NCBI GenBank assembly: GCA_963804645.1
Contig: CAWDRG010000009.1
Location: 576,001-640,000, forward strand
Source of the DNA: an uncultured Bacillota bacterium
Lineage (GTDB): Bacteria > Sysuimicrobiota > Sysuimicrobiia > Sysuimicrobiales > Segetimicrobiaceae
Length of the DNA stretch: 64,000 nt
Reading direction: 5' to 3'
Of the stretch, positions 38,714 through 47,934 are shown in pieces. Position 1 is the stretch's first letter. Every line of letters starts with the position of its first letter. The notes beneath the pieces were generated by a model that saw only the letters and a list, made by a program, of their open reading frames with translations, searched no databases and had not been told where the DNA came from. A program made the position numbers and the translations under genes.

Positions 38714-38890
38714 CGAATCGCCTCCGTGGATGTGTGCGCGGAAACGGGCGCGAGCGGCCGCCCGGCGTTCCTCACCGGATACTTCGCGCCTTCCGCCGGG
38801 TCGTCCCCTGCGTCGCCGGAGCGGCGGCCGGAGAGATCGACCGTCGACGGCGCCGGAGATCGGAGGCACGGCGTGCCGCGGCGACCGGTC

Positions 38891-40060
38891 TCACCCGCAC
38901 GCCTCGCCGCCCGCGCGCCCGGCATGGTGCACGCTGCTCACCATCTCGTAGAACTGGTCGGCGAGGGCCCGGGCGCCAAACCGCTCCGCCACGCGCGCCT
39001 GCAGGAGGCGCAGCCGGTCGTCCGGCGGCGGCGCGTCCCTGAGCGCCCTCAGCCGGGCGGCGAGCGCCCCCTTGGCGGACAGATCCGCGAGCCAGGGCCC
39101 GTCCTCGAGCACAAACCGCCCCGCGGCGTGACGATGGCAGATGATCGGGACGCCGGCCATCGCGGCTTCGATCAGCGCCAGCGACAGCCCCTCGTACAGG
39201 CTCGGCAGGACGAACACATTCGAGATCGCCAGGACCCGTCTTACGTCCTCGGGGGCGAGGGTCAGCCAGCGCACGTTCGGGCCGAGTTTGTCGCGGGCCA
39301 GCGTCTTCAGCGCGTCCGTCCCCGGCTCGGGGTGCCCGCACAAGACAAGCTTCAGAGATGGATCGCGCAGTGCCGCGGCCTCCTCGATCAGGTAATCGAG
39401 GCGCTTCTGGTAGCTGTTCCAGGCCGCGACGCACACGACGATCCAGTCGTCGTCGGCGAACTGCATCTCGCGCCGGAGCTCCCGAGGAGACTCCGCGGGA
39501 GCGGTGTACGGCACGTAGTGCGGCAGCACCCGCATCTTCGCCGCGTCGACGCCCGCCCGCACGCCGAGCGCCAGCGCGTCCGGGTGCATCTGCTGGATGA
39601 GGTCGAAGGCGCGATAGTCGTGCGGGGGAAACACGCTGTTGGCGAAGACGATCTTGAACTTGAGGCGCAGGAGCTCGCGGCTGGAGGCCAGCACGCGCCC
39701 GAGCAACAGGTCCTGGACCCAGACCACGTCCGGCCGCCACGACCACAGCTTGGGGATGAACCCGAGACCGAAGGTGCGCTGTTCGACGCGGTAGCAGAAT
39801 CGCCAGAGCCGCGGCGCATTCAGCGAGCGCACCGCGCCGAGCGGTGAGCGCAGCAGGCGATCGCGCGCGATGTTCCACACGGGCTCCGCGTCCGGAAACG
39901 CGCCACCGCTGAACAGCTTGACGCGCAGCCTGCGGTCGGAGGACAGCGCCGCGTGCCACCGGGCCGTCGCGATCTCAAACCCTCGCTGCACGTGGCCCAA
40001 CCCGCAGCTCACCAGCGCGAGTTTGATCGGCCGCGCGTGGGAGCCGGCGGACATCGGCAT
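38891..40060 (-). CDS. Glycosyltransferase family 4 (GT-B), divergent from the lasso genes
   Basis: 'RGFE', 'QKRLDYLI', 'VFVLPSLYEGLSLALIEAAMAGVPII' (EX7E motif). Start 40060 or 40054. Confidence 0.9.
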   Translation of the reverse strand: MPMSAGSHARPIKLALVSCGLGHVQRGFEIATARWHAALSSDRRLRVKLFSGGAFPDAEPVWNIARDRLLRSPLGAVRSLNAPRLWRFCYRVEQRTFGLGFIPKLWSWRPDVVWVQDLLLGRVLASSRELLRLKFKIVFANSVFPPHDYRAFDLIQQMHPDALALGVRAGVDAAKMRVLPHYVPYTAPAESPRELRREMQFADDDWIVVCVAAWNSYQKRLDYLIEEAAALRDPSLKLVLCGHPEPGTDALKTLARDKLGPNVRWLTLAPEDVRRVLAISNVFVLPSLYEGLSLALIEAAMAGVPIICHRHAAGRFVLEDGPWLADLSAKGALAARLRALRDAPPPDDRLRLLQARVAERFGARALADQFYEMVSSVHHAGRAGGEACG

Positions 40061-40205
40061 GACGCGGAGTACGGGAGCGTCCGCGCGGGTTCCTGTGCGC
40101 GGCAGGATGGCCGCCGGACGCGCCCGAAACGGGTACGCAGCGCACCGTCGGGACGATCGAGTCGGGCGCCCATGCCTCGATACGCAACCGGGAGTCCGAG
40201 AGCCG

Positions 40206-40913
40206 ATGCCACTGCAGCCGTCCAGCACCATCCGCCACGCGGATCTCGGCGATGTGATCGTGATTCTGGACCTCACCAGTGAGTCGTACCACGTCCTCGA
40301 TCCGGCGGCGCGGTCGATGTGGAATCATCTGCTGCGCCTGCCCGCCCGCGCCGACGTGCTCGCGGCACTCCAGCAGGAGTACGCCGTCGAGCCGTCGCGG
40401 TTGGAGGCCGACCTCGACGCGTTCGTGGAGCGCGTAGTCGCGCAGGGGTTTCTTGAGACGCGCGCGTCCGAGGCGCCGGTCGAGGGGCCGCCTCACGCGG
40501 CGCCCGCGAAGCGGGGCTGTCTCGCGTGGCGCGCGTGGCTGTGCCTTGCGATGACGGCTCGGTCCCTCGCCACCCGGGGATTCTCGTCCACGTACCTGCG
40601 GTATGCGCGTCTTCCGGCGCCGGCGACGCCCGCCGACGGCGACCGCGCGCAGGAGCTGCTGCGGCGCGGCGTGGCGGCGTTCCGGCGCGCGGAAGGCTTT
40701 TTCTACATGCGGAGGGCGCCCCAGGACTGCCTGCCGCGCTCCCTCGCGCTCTTCCGGTTCCTGCGGTCGCTTGGGCTTCCGGTCGAGCACCGCATCGGGG
40801 TGAAGCGGTTTCCGTTTACCGCGCACGCCTGGGTTGAGTTTCGGGACGCGGTGGTGCACGAGAGCGAGGCCGTCTGCCGGACCTTCACGCCCGTGGCGAC
40901 CCTGCCGTCGTGA
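40206..40913 (+). CDS. Lasso peptide B protein: fused RRE (PqqD-like B1) and transglutaminase-like leader peptidase (B2)
   Basis: RRE 'IVILDLTSESYHVLDPAARSMW..L...EYAVE..RLEADLDAFV..V..QGFL'; peptidase 'DCLPRSLAL...HRIGVKRFPFTAHAWVE'. Confidence 0.9.
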   Translation: MPLQPSSTIRHADLGDVIVILDLTSESYHVLDPAARSMWNHLLRLPARADVLAALQQEYAVEPSRLEADLDAFVERVVAQGFLETRASEAPVEGPPHAAPAKRGCLAWRAWLCLAMTARSLATRGFSSTYLRYARLPAPATPADGDRAQELLRRGVAAFRRAEGFFYMRRAPQDCLPRSLALFRFLRSLGLPVEHRIGVKRFPFTAHAWVEFRDAVVHESEAVCRTFTPVATLPS

Positions 40914-42706
40914 GGAAGTTCGCGGGATCGTGCGAACCCGGGGACGGCCGGTGGGTCCAGTCCCGGCCGGCGCCGGAGATCTTCGGGGCGCTGCACGTGT
41001 TGTACCGGGGATACATCGCCAACCGGGCCCACCTCGCGGCCGAGGCGCACGCACGGGGCGCCGCGCTGCCGGACTGCGCGGACGGGCGGCTGTTCGCGCT
41101 CGCGTACTCGTGGTGGGGCGCCGACCTTCAGGCGCACGTCACCGGCGAGTACGCGGTGGCGGTCCTCGACACCGACCAGCGCACGCTGGTGCTGACGCAC
41201 GACGCGCTGGGCGTCGTGCCCGTGTTCTACGCCGAACGCGGCGCGGCGATCGAGTTCGCCTCGCACCTCGACGCGCTGCTCGAGATGACGGATGTCGGCG
41301 CGCTCGACGAGCAGTACCTCGCCGAGTTTCTCGCCTCGGTGAAGCCGCGGGGCGAGCGCACCCCCTACCGCGCGGTCCGCCGGCTGCTGGCCGGGCGGAC
41401 GCTGGTGCACCGGCGGGGCCGCGTCGAGCTCCTCGACACATGGAACCTGGCACGCGTGCCGCCGGCCGCCCGCGCTTCTGACGGCGAGTACGACGAACGG
41501 TTCCGGGAACTCCTCCGCGAGGGCGTCGCCGCGGCCCTTCCGGCCGCGGGCCCGGTGTGGAGCGAGCTCTCCGGCGGCCTGGATTCCTCGTCGGTCACAT
41601 GCGCGGCGGCGGAGTCGGGGCCGAGGCCCGTGCACGCGCTGTCGCTCGTGTACAGTCGATCGCGGACCGGCGACGAGCAGCCCTGGATGCGCACGGTCGT
41701 GGCGAAGTACTCCCTGCCGTGGCACGTGCTGGATGTCGACGCCACGCCCCCGTTCTCGGAGATCCCCACCGAGTTCTATGCCGAACCCAATCCCGTCATG
41801 CTGACGCCGGGTCTCTACCGCCGGTATAACGAGCTGATGGACGCCCACGGCGCCGCGGTGCTGCTGACGGGGCGGGGCGGGGATCTCGTCCTCGGCGGGG
41901 ACTCGCCGCAGCCGTTCTATCTGGCGGATCTGTTCTACCGCGGGCGGTGGGGCCGGCTCCTCGGCGGGCTCCGCGAGGTGCAGGGCGCCGGTACCGACGA
42001 GCGCGCCCTGCCGTTTCTGTTCTTCAAGAACGTGATGCAGCCGCTCGGTCGGTACGCCGCGCGGCTTGAGCTTGCCGACGGCGCCGACCCCGGTCTACCT
42101 CCGTACCTCCGACCCGAGACGGTGCGCCGGGCCCGCCTGCGCCGGTGGGAGCGCCGACGGGTGCCCACGCGATGCCGCTCCGTGGGCGGCCAGTACGTCT
42201 GGAACCGGTTGTGGAGCGTCTGTCTCGGCGCGGGGACCGCCGGCGACCAGCGCGCCGAGTCGTTCGAGTTCCGCTCTCCACTGCTCTACCGGCCGCTGGT
42301 CGAGTTCATGTTCGCGCTGCCGGCGGAGCAGATGGCTCGGCCGGGGCAGGACCGCGTCCTGCAGCGCCGCGCGCTGGCGGGGCTCCTGCCGGAGGTCGTC
42401 CGCCTCCGCCGGGGCAAACGGGGAGGGGAGCAGGCGTACTTCGAAGGGCTGCGGAACTCGCGGGCGTGGACCGAGATGCTGACCGATCGTCCCCGCCTCG
42501 TCGCGCGCGGGCTCGTCGACGCGGCGTCCTGGGCGGATGCGGTCGCCCAGGCGCGATTCGGGCGCACCCACCGGATGCCGCTGTTTCTGAACGCGTGTGC
42601 GATGGAGGTCTGGCTGCGGCAGATCGAAGGCCGCTCCCCGAGCCGCGAGGCCGCCGCGGAGGACCGCGGCGGCCTCGCCGGACCGATCGCGCACGGCGGC
42701 GTCTAG
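40910..42706 (+). CDS. Lasso peptide cyclase (asparagine synthetase-like C protein)
   Basis: ATP-binding 'SELSGGLDSSSV', 'LLTGRGGD', 'RSPLLYRPLVEF', 'R..K'. No N-terminal glutaminase Cys. Start overlaps the B-gene stop (GTGA). Confidence 0.9.
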   Translation: MRKFAGSCEPGDGRWVQSRPAPEIFGALHVLYRGYIANRAHLAAEAHARGAALPDCADGRLFALAYSWWGADLQAHVTGEYAVAVLDTDQRTLVLTHDALGVVPVFYAERGAAIEFASHLDALLEMTDVGALDEQYLAEFLASVKPRGERTPYRAVRRLLAGRTLVHRRGRVELLDTWNLARVPPAARASDGEYDERFRELLREGVAAALPAAGPVWSELSGGLDSSSVTCAAAESGPRPVHALSLVYSRSRTGDEQPWMRTVVAKYSLPWHVLDVDATPPFSEIPTEFYAEPNPVMLTPGLYRRYNELMDAHGAAVLLTGRGGDLVLGGDSPQPFYLADLFYRGRWGRLLGGLREVQGAGTDERALPFLFFKNVMQPLGRYAARLELADGADPGLPPYLRPETVRRARLRRWERRRVPTRCRSVGGQYVWNRLWSVCLGAGTAGDQRAESFEFRSPLLYRPLVEFMFALPAEQMARPGQDRVLQRRALAGLLPEVVRLRRGKRGGEQAYFEGLRNSRAWTEMLTDRPRLVARGLVDAASWADAVAQARFGRTHRMPLFLNACAMEVWLRQIEGRSPSREAAAEDRGGLAGPIAHGGV

Positions 42707-42827
42707 GGACGCGCCGCTGGAGGAAGACGCGTCCGCCCGCGTTGAACTTAAGCCGCGCACAGCAGTGTCATCGGGACGTGACGTGGCTGCGCCCGGTGTT
42801 GCCGACTCGCCACATGGAGGTGTCTCA

Positions 42828-42995
42828 GTGGGTTCTGCCAACGATCGCGAGTACCGCTCGCCGGAAGTCGTGTGTTTGGGCAAGGTCGTCCCGCTTACCG
42901 AGGGAGCCGACACCCTCGTCGCCGAGCTGCCCGGGGACCCGAGCGGCGGATACTACAAGCCGTACGCGGTGCCGGAGACAGAGACCGAGCGCTAG
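42828..42995 (+). CDS. Lasso peptide precursor (25-aa leader + 30-aa core)
   Basis: RBS GGAGGTG (42816-42822) then GTG. MGSANDREYRSPEVVCLGKVVPLTE|GADTLVAELPGDPSGGYYKPYAVPETETER has the YxxPxVxxxGxxxxxT leader motif, Thr at -2, Gly1 and Glu8. Confidence 0.9.
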   Translation: MGSANDREYRSPEVVCLGKVVPLTEGADTLVAELPGDPSGGYYKPYAVPETETER

Positions 42996-43142
42996 GACGA
43001 ACGTTCGCTGGACTCCGCTCCGACCGGGAGGCAGGCAGGCGACATCGTTCGATCGGTCGGGTAGCGGGTGCGGCGCGGGTCCGCCGGGCCGGATGCGGCA
43101 CGGCGGACCTTCGCGTCTCCGCCGGCTGGGAGACAGATCTCA

Positions 43143-44414
43143 ATGACCCGCACGCCACAGCGGTCACATCTCATCGTCAACTTCTGCGACACCGCGTGGG
43201 GAGAAACAGTCCACGCGCTGACGATCGCGCGGGAACTCGTCGCGTCGGGCGACACGTGCGTCGTCCTCACGAACAACCGCGACCTGCTGCGGCTGTCCAA
43301 TCACTCCGGGCTGACCATCGAGGCGGCGGATCTCTCCTTGGGCTTGGAGCGCTGCATCGACGCCGCGGTGCGCCGCACTCCGGCCGGCTCGCTCATCCTC
43401 GCGGACTTCGCGACGTTCGACAACGCGCTGCGCAGAACACGTGAGGACCCGGCATTCGTGCGGCGCTACGGCCTGCCGACGATCGTCGTCGACACGTGGG
43501 ATTCCACCGAGAGCGGCGCGACGCAGGATTTTTTCGGAGACCAGCCCGTCCGCATCGGCGACTGGGCGGCGGGGTTGGGGGCTCGGCTGCTGCCGGCTCC
43601 GCCCGTGCGGCCCCATCCGCGCCCCGGCGTGTACGCCGCGCTGCTGGCGCCCGTCGCGCGCGGTGCGGAGCCGCGGCGGCTCGGCCGGGCGCTGTACGGG
43701 CTGCCGGCCGACGTTCCCGTCGTGCTCTTCTGCACCTCCGGATGGCAGCACGTCAGCTTCGAGGGAACCCGGGGCCACGCGCTCGCGACGGCGCTTCCGC
43801 ACGTGCTCGCCGGGTATCTCGCACAGATCGAGCCGGCCGTGCATCTCGTGCACCTCGGCCCCGAGCCGTATCCGCTGGGCCCCGTACTGGGGGAGCGGTA
43901 CCGCTGGGTGCCTCCGCAGGCGCCGGAGCGCTTCTCGGCGCTGCTGAGCTGCGTCGATGCCGTGCTGTCGGCGAACGTGTGGACCTCGACGATCAGCCGC
44001 TGCGTGGGATCGGGCGTGCCCGTGCTGATCGCGCAAAACAGCTGCCGGGCCGAGACGGTCGACGAGGCGGTCGCGTGGTTCGGGGAGCGCCCGCCGCGCG
44101 AGACCCTGGATCGCATCGAGCGGCTGCTGCCGCTCTACCCCTTTGGCCTGTGGCCGTTCGGCTGGTCCGCGTTTTTGGCCCCGCTGATGCGCGACAACAG
44201 CTATCTGCGCGCGGTCGAGCGCGTCGAGATCTTGCAGGAGCGCGCGTTCATCGAGACGTGCACCCGCGTGCTGTTTGACCGGGCGCGCCGGGAGGAATCG
44301 GCCAGGCAACAGGCCGCCTACGCCGACCAGGTGTCGCGGCTGCCTCGCGCCGCGGACGTCATCCGGAGTGCGATCGAGCGCTGCGGCGAAGCCCCCGCGG
44401 AGCCGCGGGCGTAG
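43143..44414 (+). CDS. GT-B-like protein (DUF6365-like by recollection), putative tailoring glycosyltransferase
   Basis: N-terminal 'WGETVHALTIARELVASGD' and C-lobe 'FSALLSCVDAVLSAN..TSTISRCVGSGVPVLI' resemble the two Rossmann lobes of GT-B enzymes. Co-oriented right after the precursor. Confidence 0.6.
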   Translation: MTRTPQRSHLIVNFCDTAWGETVHALTIARELVASGDTCVVLTNNRDLLRLSNHSGLTIEAADLSLGLERCIDAAVRRTPAGSLILADFATFDNALRRTREDPAFVRRYGLPTIVVDTWDSTESGATQDFFGDQPVRIGDWAAGLGARLLPAPPVRPHPRPGVYAALLAPVARGAEPRRLGRALYGLPADVPVVLFCTSGWQHVSFEGTRGHALATALPHVLAGYLAQIEPAVHLVHLGPEPYPLGPVLGERYRWVPPQAPERFSALLSCVDAVLSANVWTSTISRCVGSGVPVLIAQNSCRAETVDEAVAWFGERPPRETLDRIERLLPLYPFGLWPFGWSAFLAPLMRDNSYLRAVERVEILQERAFIETCTRVLFDRARREESARQQAAYADQVSRLPRAADVIRSAIERCGEAPAEPRA

Positions 44415-44466
44415 CCGCCGGCCGATCTCGGCCGCCGCCGCGGAGAGCCGCGCGGTCGCGTTGACG

Positions 44467-46014
44467 CTAGGGCCGCATCCAGGCCGCCCGGAACCGCATC
44501 ATCGTATCGGGGATCCCGGGCACGCCATGGATCCGCCGGTCCATGCCGACCATGAGGTTCTCGAACGCGAGGAACGTCCACGGCGCATCGTCGACCAGTT
44601 GGTGCTGGAGCTGCCGGTAGAGCTGGACCCGCGCGGGACCGTCCGGGACCACCCGGGTCTCCTCGAACAGCGCGTCGACGATCGGGTTGCTGTACCCATC
44701 CGAGTTCACGGTGCCTTGGGAGCTGAAGTAGTTGTACATGGTGCCGTCGATGTCGGGGCGGAGCGTCACCGAGCCGATGAAGGCCTGGTAGCGCTTGGCC
44801 GCGATCCGCTCACGCAGCGTCGCTGGGTCGTCGGTCTGCACGGTGACGGTGATCCCGGCCCCCGCCGCCTGGGTCTTGACCAACTGCGCCAGCCGGGCGG
44901 CGTCCTGGGACGTGGAGATGTCGAGCGTGACGGTGAACCCCTGCGGCTGTCCGCCCTCGGCGAGCTTCGCGCGGGCCTCCGTGAGGTTCGTCCCGATCCC
45001 CCAGCGGCCGATCGTCGGGTCGAAGTACTGCTGGTACACGGGCGAGATCGGACCGTACGCCGGCCGCGCCTGCCCGGCGTAGACCGTCGTCACGATCTGA
45101 TCCCGGTTCAGCGCGTAGGAGATCGCCTGCCGGAGCGCCTTGTTGTTGAAGGGCGGGATCGCGTTGTTGAGCCGGAGCACCGGCCACCGCGCCCCGGCGA
45201 GCGAGAGGGTCCGGAACCGGTTGTCGGCCCCGATCGCGTGCTGCTGATCGGCCGGGACCGTGTCGATGACATTGACGACGCCGGCTCTGAGGTCTTCGAC
45301 CTGCACCGTCACGTCGGGGATCGGCCGGTAGACGAGCCCGTCGAGATACGGCAGGCCGCGCTCCCAGTAGCCGGCGAAGCGCTTGACCGCGAGATGATCG
45401 TTGGTCACCCACTCCACGAAGCTGAACGGACCGGTGCCGACCGGGTGCAGCCCGTACTGGGCGCCCCACTTCCGGACCGCGGTCGGCGACGAGATGAAGC
45501 CGGGGCCGTCGGTAAACCAGGCGAGCAGCGGCGTGAACGGCCCGGTGAGATCGAGGGCGACCGCCGAGGGGCTCACGACGCGGACGGCTTTGATGGACGC
45601 GAGGCCCGCCCGGAACGCCGAACCGCTCGCGGGGTTCAGGATCCGGTCGATGTTGAACTTGACGGCGGCCGCATCGAACGGGGTGCCGTCCTGGAACCGC
45701 ACGCCGCGCTGCAGCTGCAACGTGACGCGCGTGCCGTCGGGCGAGACCGTCCAGCTCTTGACGAGCCCCGGCGTGATGGCGAACGCGGGGTCGCGTGCAA
45801 GCAGCGGGCTGTAGATCGAGTACAAGATCTGCCGCTCGGAGGCGCGCGTGTAGCGGGCCGGATCCATGGTGTCCCAGGTGCCGCCGATTGCGACGGTGAG
45901 CGTGCCTCCGCGCGTTGGCGGCGGGACCGGCGTCGCCGACGCGGCGGCGCCGCTTCCCGCGAGCATCAGGGCCGCCGCGGCGGCCGCGGCGCGGATCGCG
46001 ACTCCGGGCATCAT
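44467..46014 (-). CDS. Family 5 ABC substrate-binding protein
   Basis: Signal peptide; 'GVRFQDGTPFDA.AV', 'PVGTGPF', 'LRQAISYALNR'. Confidence 0.92.
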   Translation of the reverse strand: MMPGVAIRAAAAAAALMLAGSGAAASATPVPPPTRGGTLTVAIGGTWDTMDPARYTRASERQILYSIYSPLLARDPAFAITPGLVKSWTVSPDGTRVTLQLQRGVRFQDGTPFDAAAVKFNIDRILNPASGSAFRAGLASIKAVRVVSPSAVALDLTGPFTPLLAWFTDGPGFISSPTAVRKWGAQYGLHPVGTGPFSFVEWVTNDHLAVKRFAGYWERGLPYLDGLVYRPIPDVTVQVEDLRAGVVNVIDTVPADQQHAIGADNRFRTLSLAGARWPVLRLNNAIPPFNNKALRQAISYALNRDQIVTTVYAGQARPAYGPISPVYQQYFDPTIGRWGIGTNLTEARAKLAEGGQPQGFTVTLDISTSQDAARLAQLVKTQAAGAGITVTVQTDDPATLRERIAAKRYQAFIGSVTLRPDIDGTMYNYFSSQGTVNSDGYSNPIVDALFEETRVVPDGPARVQLYRQLQHQLVDDAPWTFLAFENLMVGMDRRIHGVPGIPDTMMRFRAAWMRP

Positions 46015-46049
46015 GGCGCGGGCGGCGGCTGCGTCACGTCGGCGGCCGA

Positions 46050-46721
46050 CTACGCGATCACGATCGTGCCGCCGGGGGCATCCACTTCCACCGCCACCAC
46101 GCCCGCGGTCTTGGCGGGCTCGACGCTGGTCGACGCCGCGATTTCATCCCCCAGCAGCCAGGCGAGCTGGCGCGCGGCGACCGCGGGATTCGGATCCCCG
46201 AGCCGCAGCCGCCGGATGCCCCGCGCCCCGGAGGGATGCGTGACGGGCATCGCGCCGGGATGCTGGTCGGGCGTCACGCCCCACTCGATGAGGAACGGCA
46301 GCAGGCTCGATTCGTGCGGCGGCGTGAGCATCAGCGAGCGCCAGCGGAGGGTCACGCCGTCGGGGCGCGTCCGGGCTCCCTCGTACGGCTCGTGCAGCTT
46401 GAGCCCCGCGCGCTGGAGCTGCGCCCGCAGTCCCAGCAGACGATCGGTGCGCGCCGCCCACGTGACAAACGTCCGGCCCTCCTGGATCGCCCGGGCGACG
46501 CGCGCGGCGCTCGCCGACGCCTCTCCCGGGTCGACCACCGCGATCAGCTCGAGGTAGGAGGTGCCGAGCGGCACGATCATGTTGCCGGTCCCCGCCCCTG
46601 GGTGGCGTCCTCCCTCGATCGCGCGGAGCCCGTACGCGTCCTCCATCTTCCGCGCTCCCTCGGCGAGATCGGGCACGGCGATCAGGACGTGGTCGATCCA
46701 CACGCGCGGACGCTCGAGCAC
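46050..46721 (-). CDS. VOC/glyoxalase-like family protein
   Basis: 'IDHVLIAVPDL', 'GGRHPGAGTGN', 'YLELI', 'PFLIEW'. Start may be GTG ~46703. Confidence 0.85.
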   Translation of the reverse strand: MLERPRVWIDHVLIAVPDLAEGARKMEDAYGLRAIEGGRHPGAGTGNMIVPLGTSYLELIAVVDPGEASASAARVARAIQEGRTFVTWAARTDRLLGLRAQLQRAGLKLHEPYEGARTRPDGVTLRWRSLMLTPPHESSLLPFLIEWGVTPDQHPGAMPVTHPSGARGIRRLRLGDPNPAVAARQLAWLLGDEIAASTSVEPAKTAGVVAVEVDAPGGTIVIA

Positions 46722-46763
46722 TCGGGATCCCTCCTGTGTGGTGCGTCTCGGACCGGCGCGCGG

Positions 46764-47726
46764 CTACTGGAACTTGGGCAGCACTTCGTGCATCACGCGG
46801 CGCAGCTGCCCCAGTTGATCCCAGCTCGTGCAGCGCAGCCCGATCGAGTCGATGCCCATGCGCTCGTAGACGCGGAGATGCTCGACGCACTCCTCGGGCG
46901 ACCCGGCGGCCGTCCAGCTGGCGACGCGGTCCATCGGGGTGTCCATCGTATAGTACGTGTCGAGGAAGCGCTTCGACTCGGCGAGCGCGGCGTCCCGGTC
47001 CTCGTTGACGTTGATGTTGTGGTACAGGCACGTGGGGAACTGGGCGGGATCGCGCCCAAACTCGCGCACCTTGTTCCGGACGTCCTGCAGCCGCCACGCC
47101 ACGTCTTCCGGATCCGACAGCGAGGTCATCCACCCGTCGGCGTGCTGCGCGGTCCGGCGGTGCGTCCGTTCGATGACCACGCGCGAGGCGCGCGAGTTGT
47201 TGGCGATCCAGATCGGGGGCCGCTTCGCCGCGGGGCGAGGTTCGATGGTCACGTTGCGCACCCGGTAGTGCCGCCCCTCGAAATTGACGTGCTCCTCGGT
47301 CCAGAGGCGCCTGAGCAGCGTGATCCACTCCACGAGCCGCTCAACGCGCGCCTTGTTGTCGACGCCGTACTGCTCGTCTTCGACGGCCGCCCCGGCCTGC
47401 GGGACGATGCCGGTGCAGGCGACCAGCACGGTGCGGCCGTTCGAGAGCAGGTCGAGGCTCGCCCACTGGTACGCCAGCAGCAGGGGATCGCGCAGCGGAA
47501 AGCTCGCCATGCACGCCGGCCCGATGCGGAGGCGTCTGGTGCGCGCGGCGACGCCGGCCATGAGGGTGATCGACTCCATGCGCGGCTTCGCGAAGAAGCT
47601 GTCGCCGACCCAGAGGTACTCGAAGTGCTCCGACGTCTCCGCGATCTCGCTCATTTCGAGCATCCGGTCCGGCGTGATCGCCCCGAAGAGCACGCCGCGG
47701 TTCGGTAGGGTCAGCCCAAACTTCAT
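46764..47726 (-). CDS. LLM-class (luciferase-like) flavin-dependent oxidoreductase
   Basis: 'MKFGLTLP', 'LWVGDS', 'LRDPLLLA..WASLD.LSNGR', 'F.GRHY', 'PPIWIA', 'ADGW'. Confidence 0.9.
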   Translation of the reverse strand: MKFGLTLPNRGVLFGAITPDRMLEMSEIAETSEHFEYLWVGDSFFAKPRMESITLMAGVAARTRRLRIGPACMASFPLRDPLLLAYQWASLDLLSNGRTVLVACTGIVPQAGAAVEDEQYGVDNKARVERLVEWITLLRRLWTEEHVNFEGRHYRVRNVTIEPRPAAKRPPIWIANNSRASRVVIERTHRRTAQHADGWMTSLSDPEDVAWRLQDVRNKVREFGRDPAQFPTCLYHNINVNEDRDAALAESKRFLDTYYTMDTPMDRVASWTAAGSPEECVEHLRVYERMGIDSIGLRCTSWDQLGQLRRVMHEVLPKFQ

Positions 47727-47934
47727 CGTGCCCGCACCTCCCTGTCGCCCGGGCGGGTGCGGATGCGCGGCCGCGTCGGCCGGCGCGGTCCGCTCCCGCG
47801 CGGTCCGTCAAGATTCCCCTCGCGCGCCCCGAGCCCCTGCGGGCGGACGGTCGAGGAATCGCCGCCGCCGCAGCGAACGTACGGAGCACAGCCGCGCAGC
47901 ACGCGGACGTCGTTTCCCGTCCTGGAGGACCGAA

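Noticed and set aside
40910..42706. Ordinary asparagine synthetase
   Set aside because: Lacks the N-terminal catalytic Cys and is coupled to an RRE-peptidase and a precursor, so lasso cyclase is the better call.
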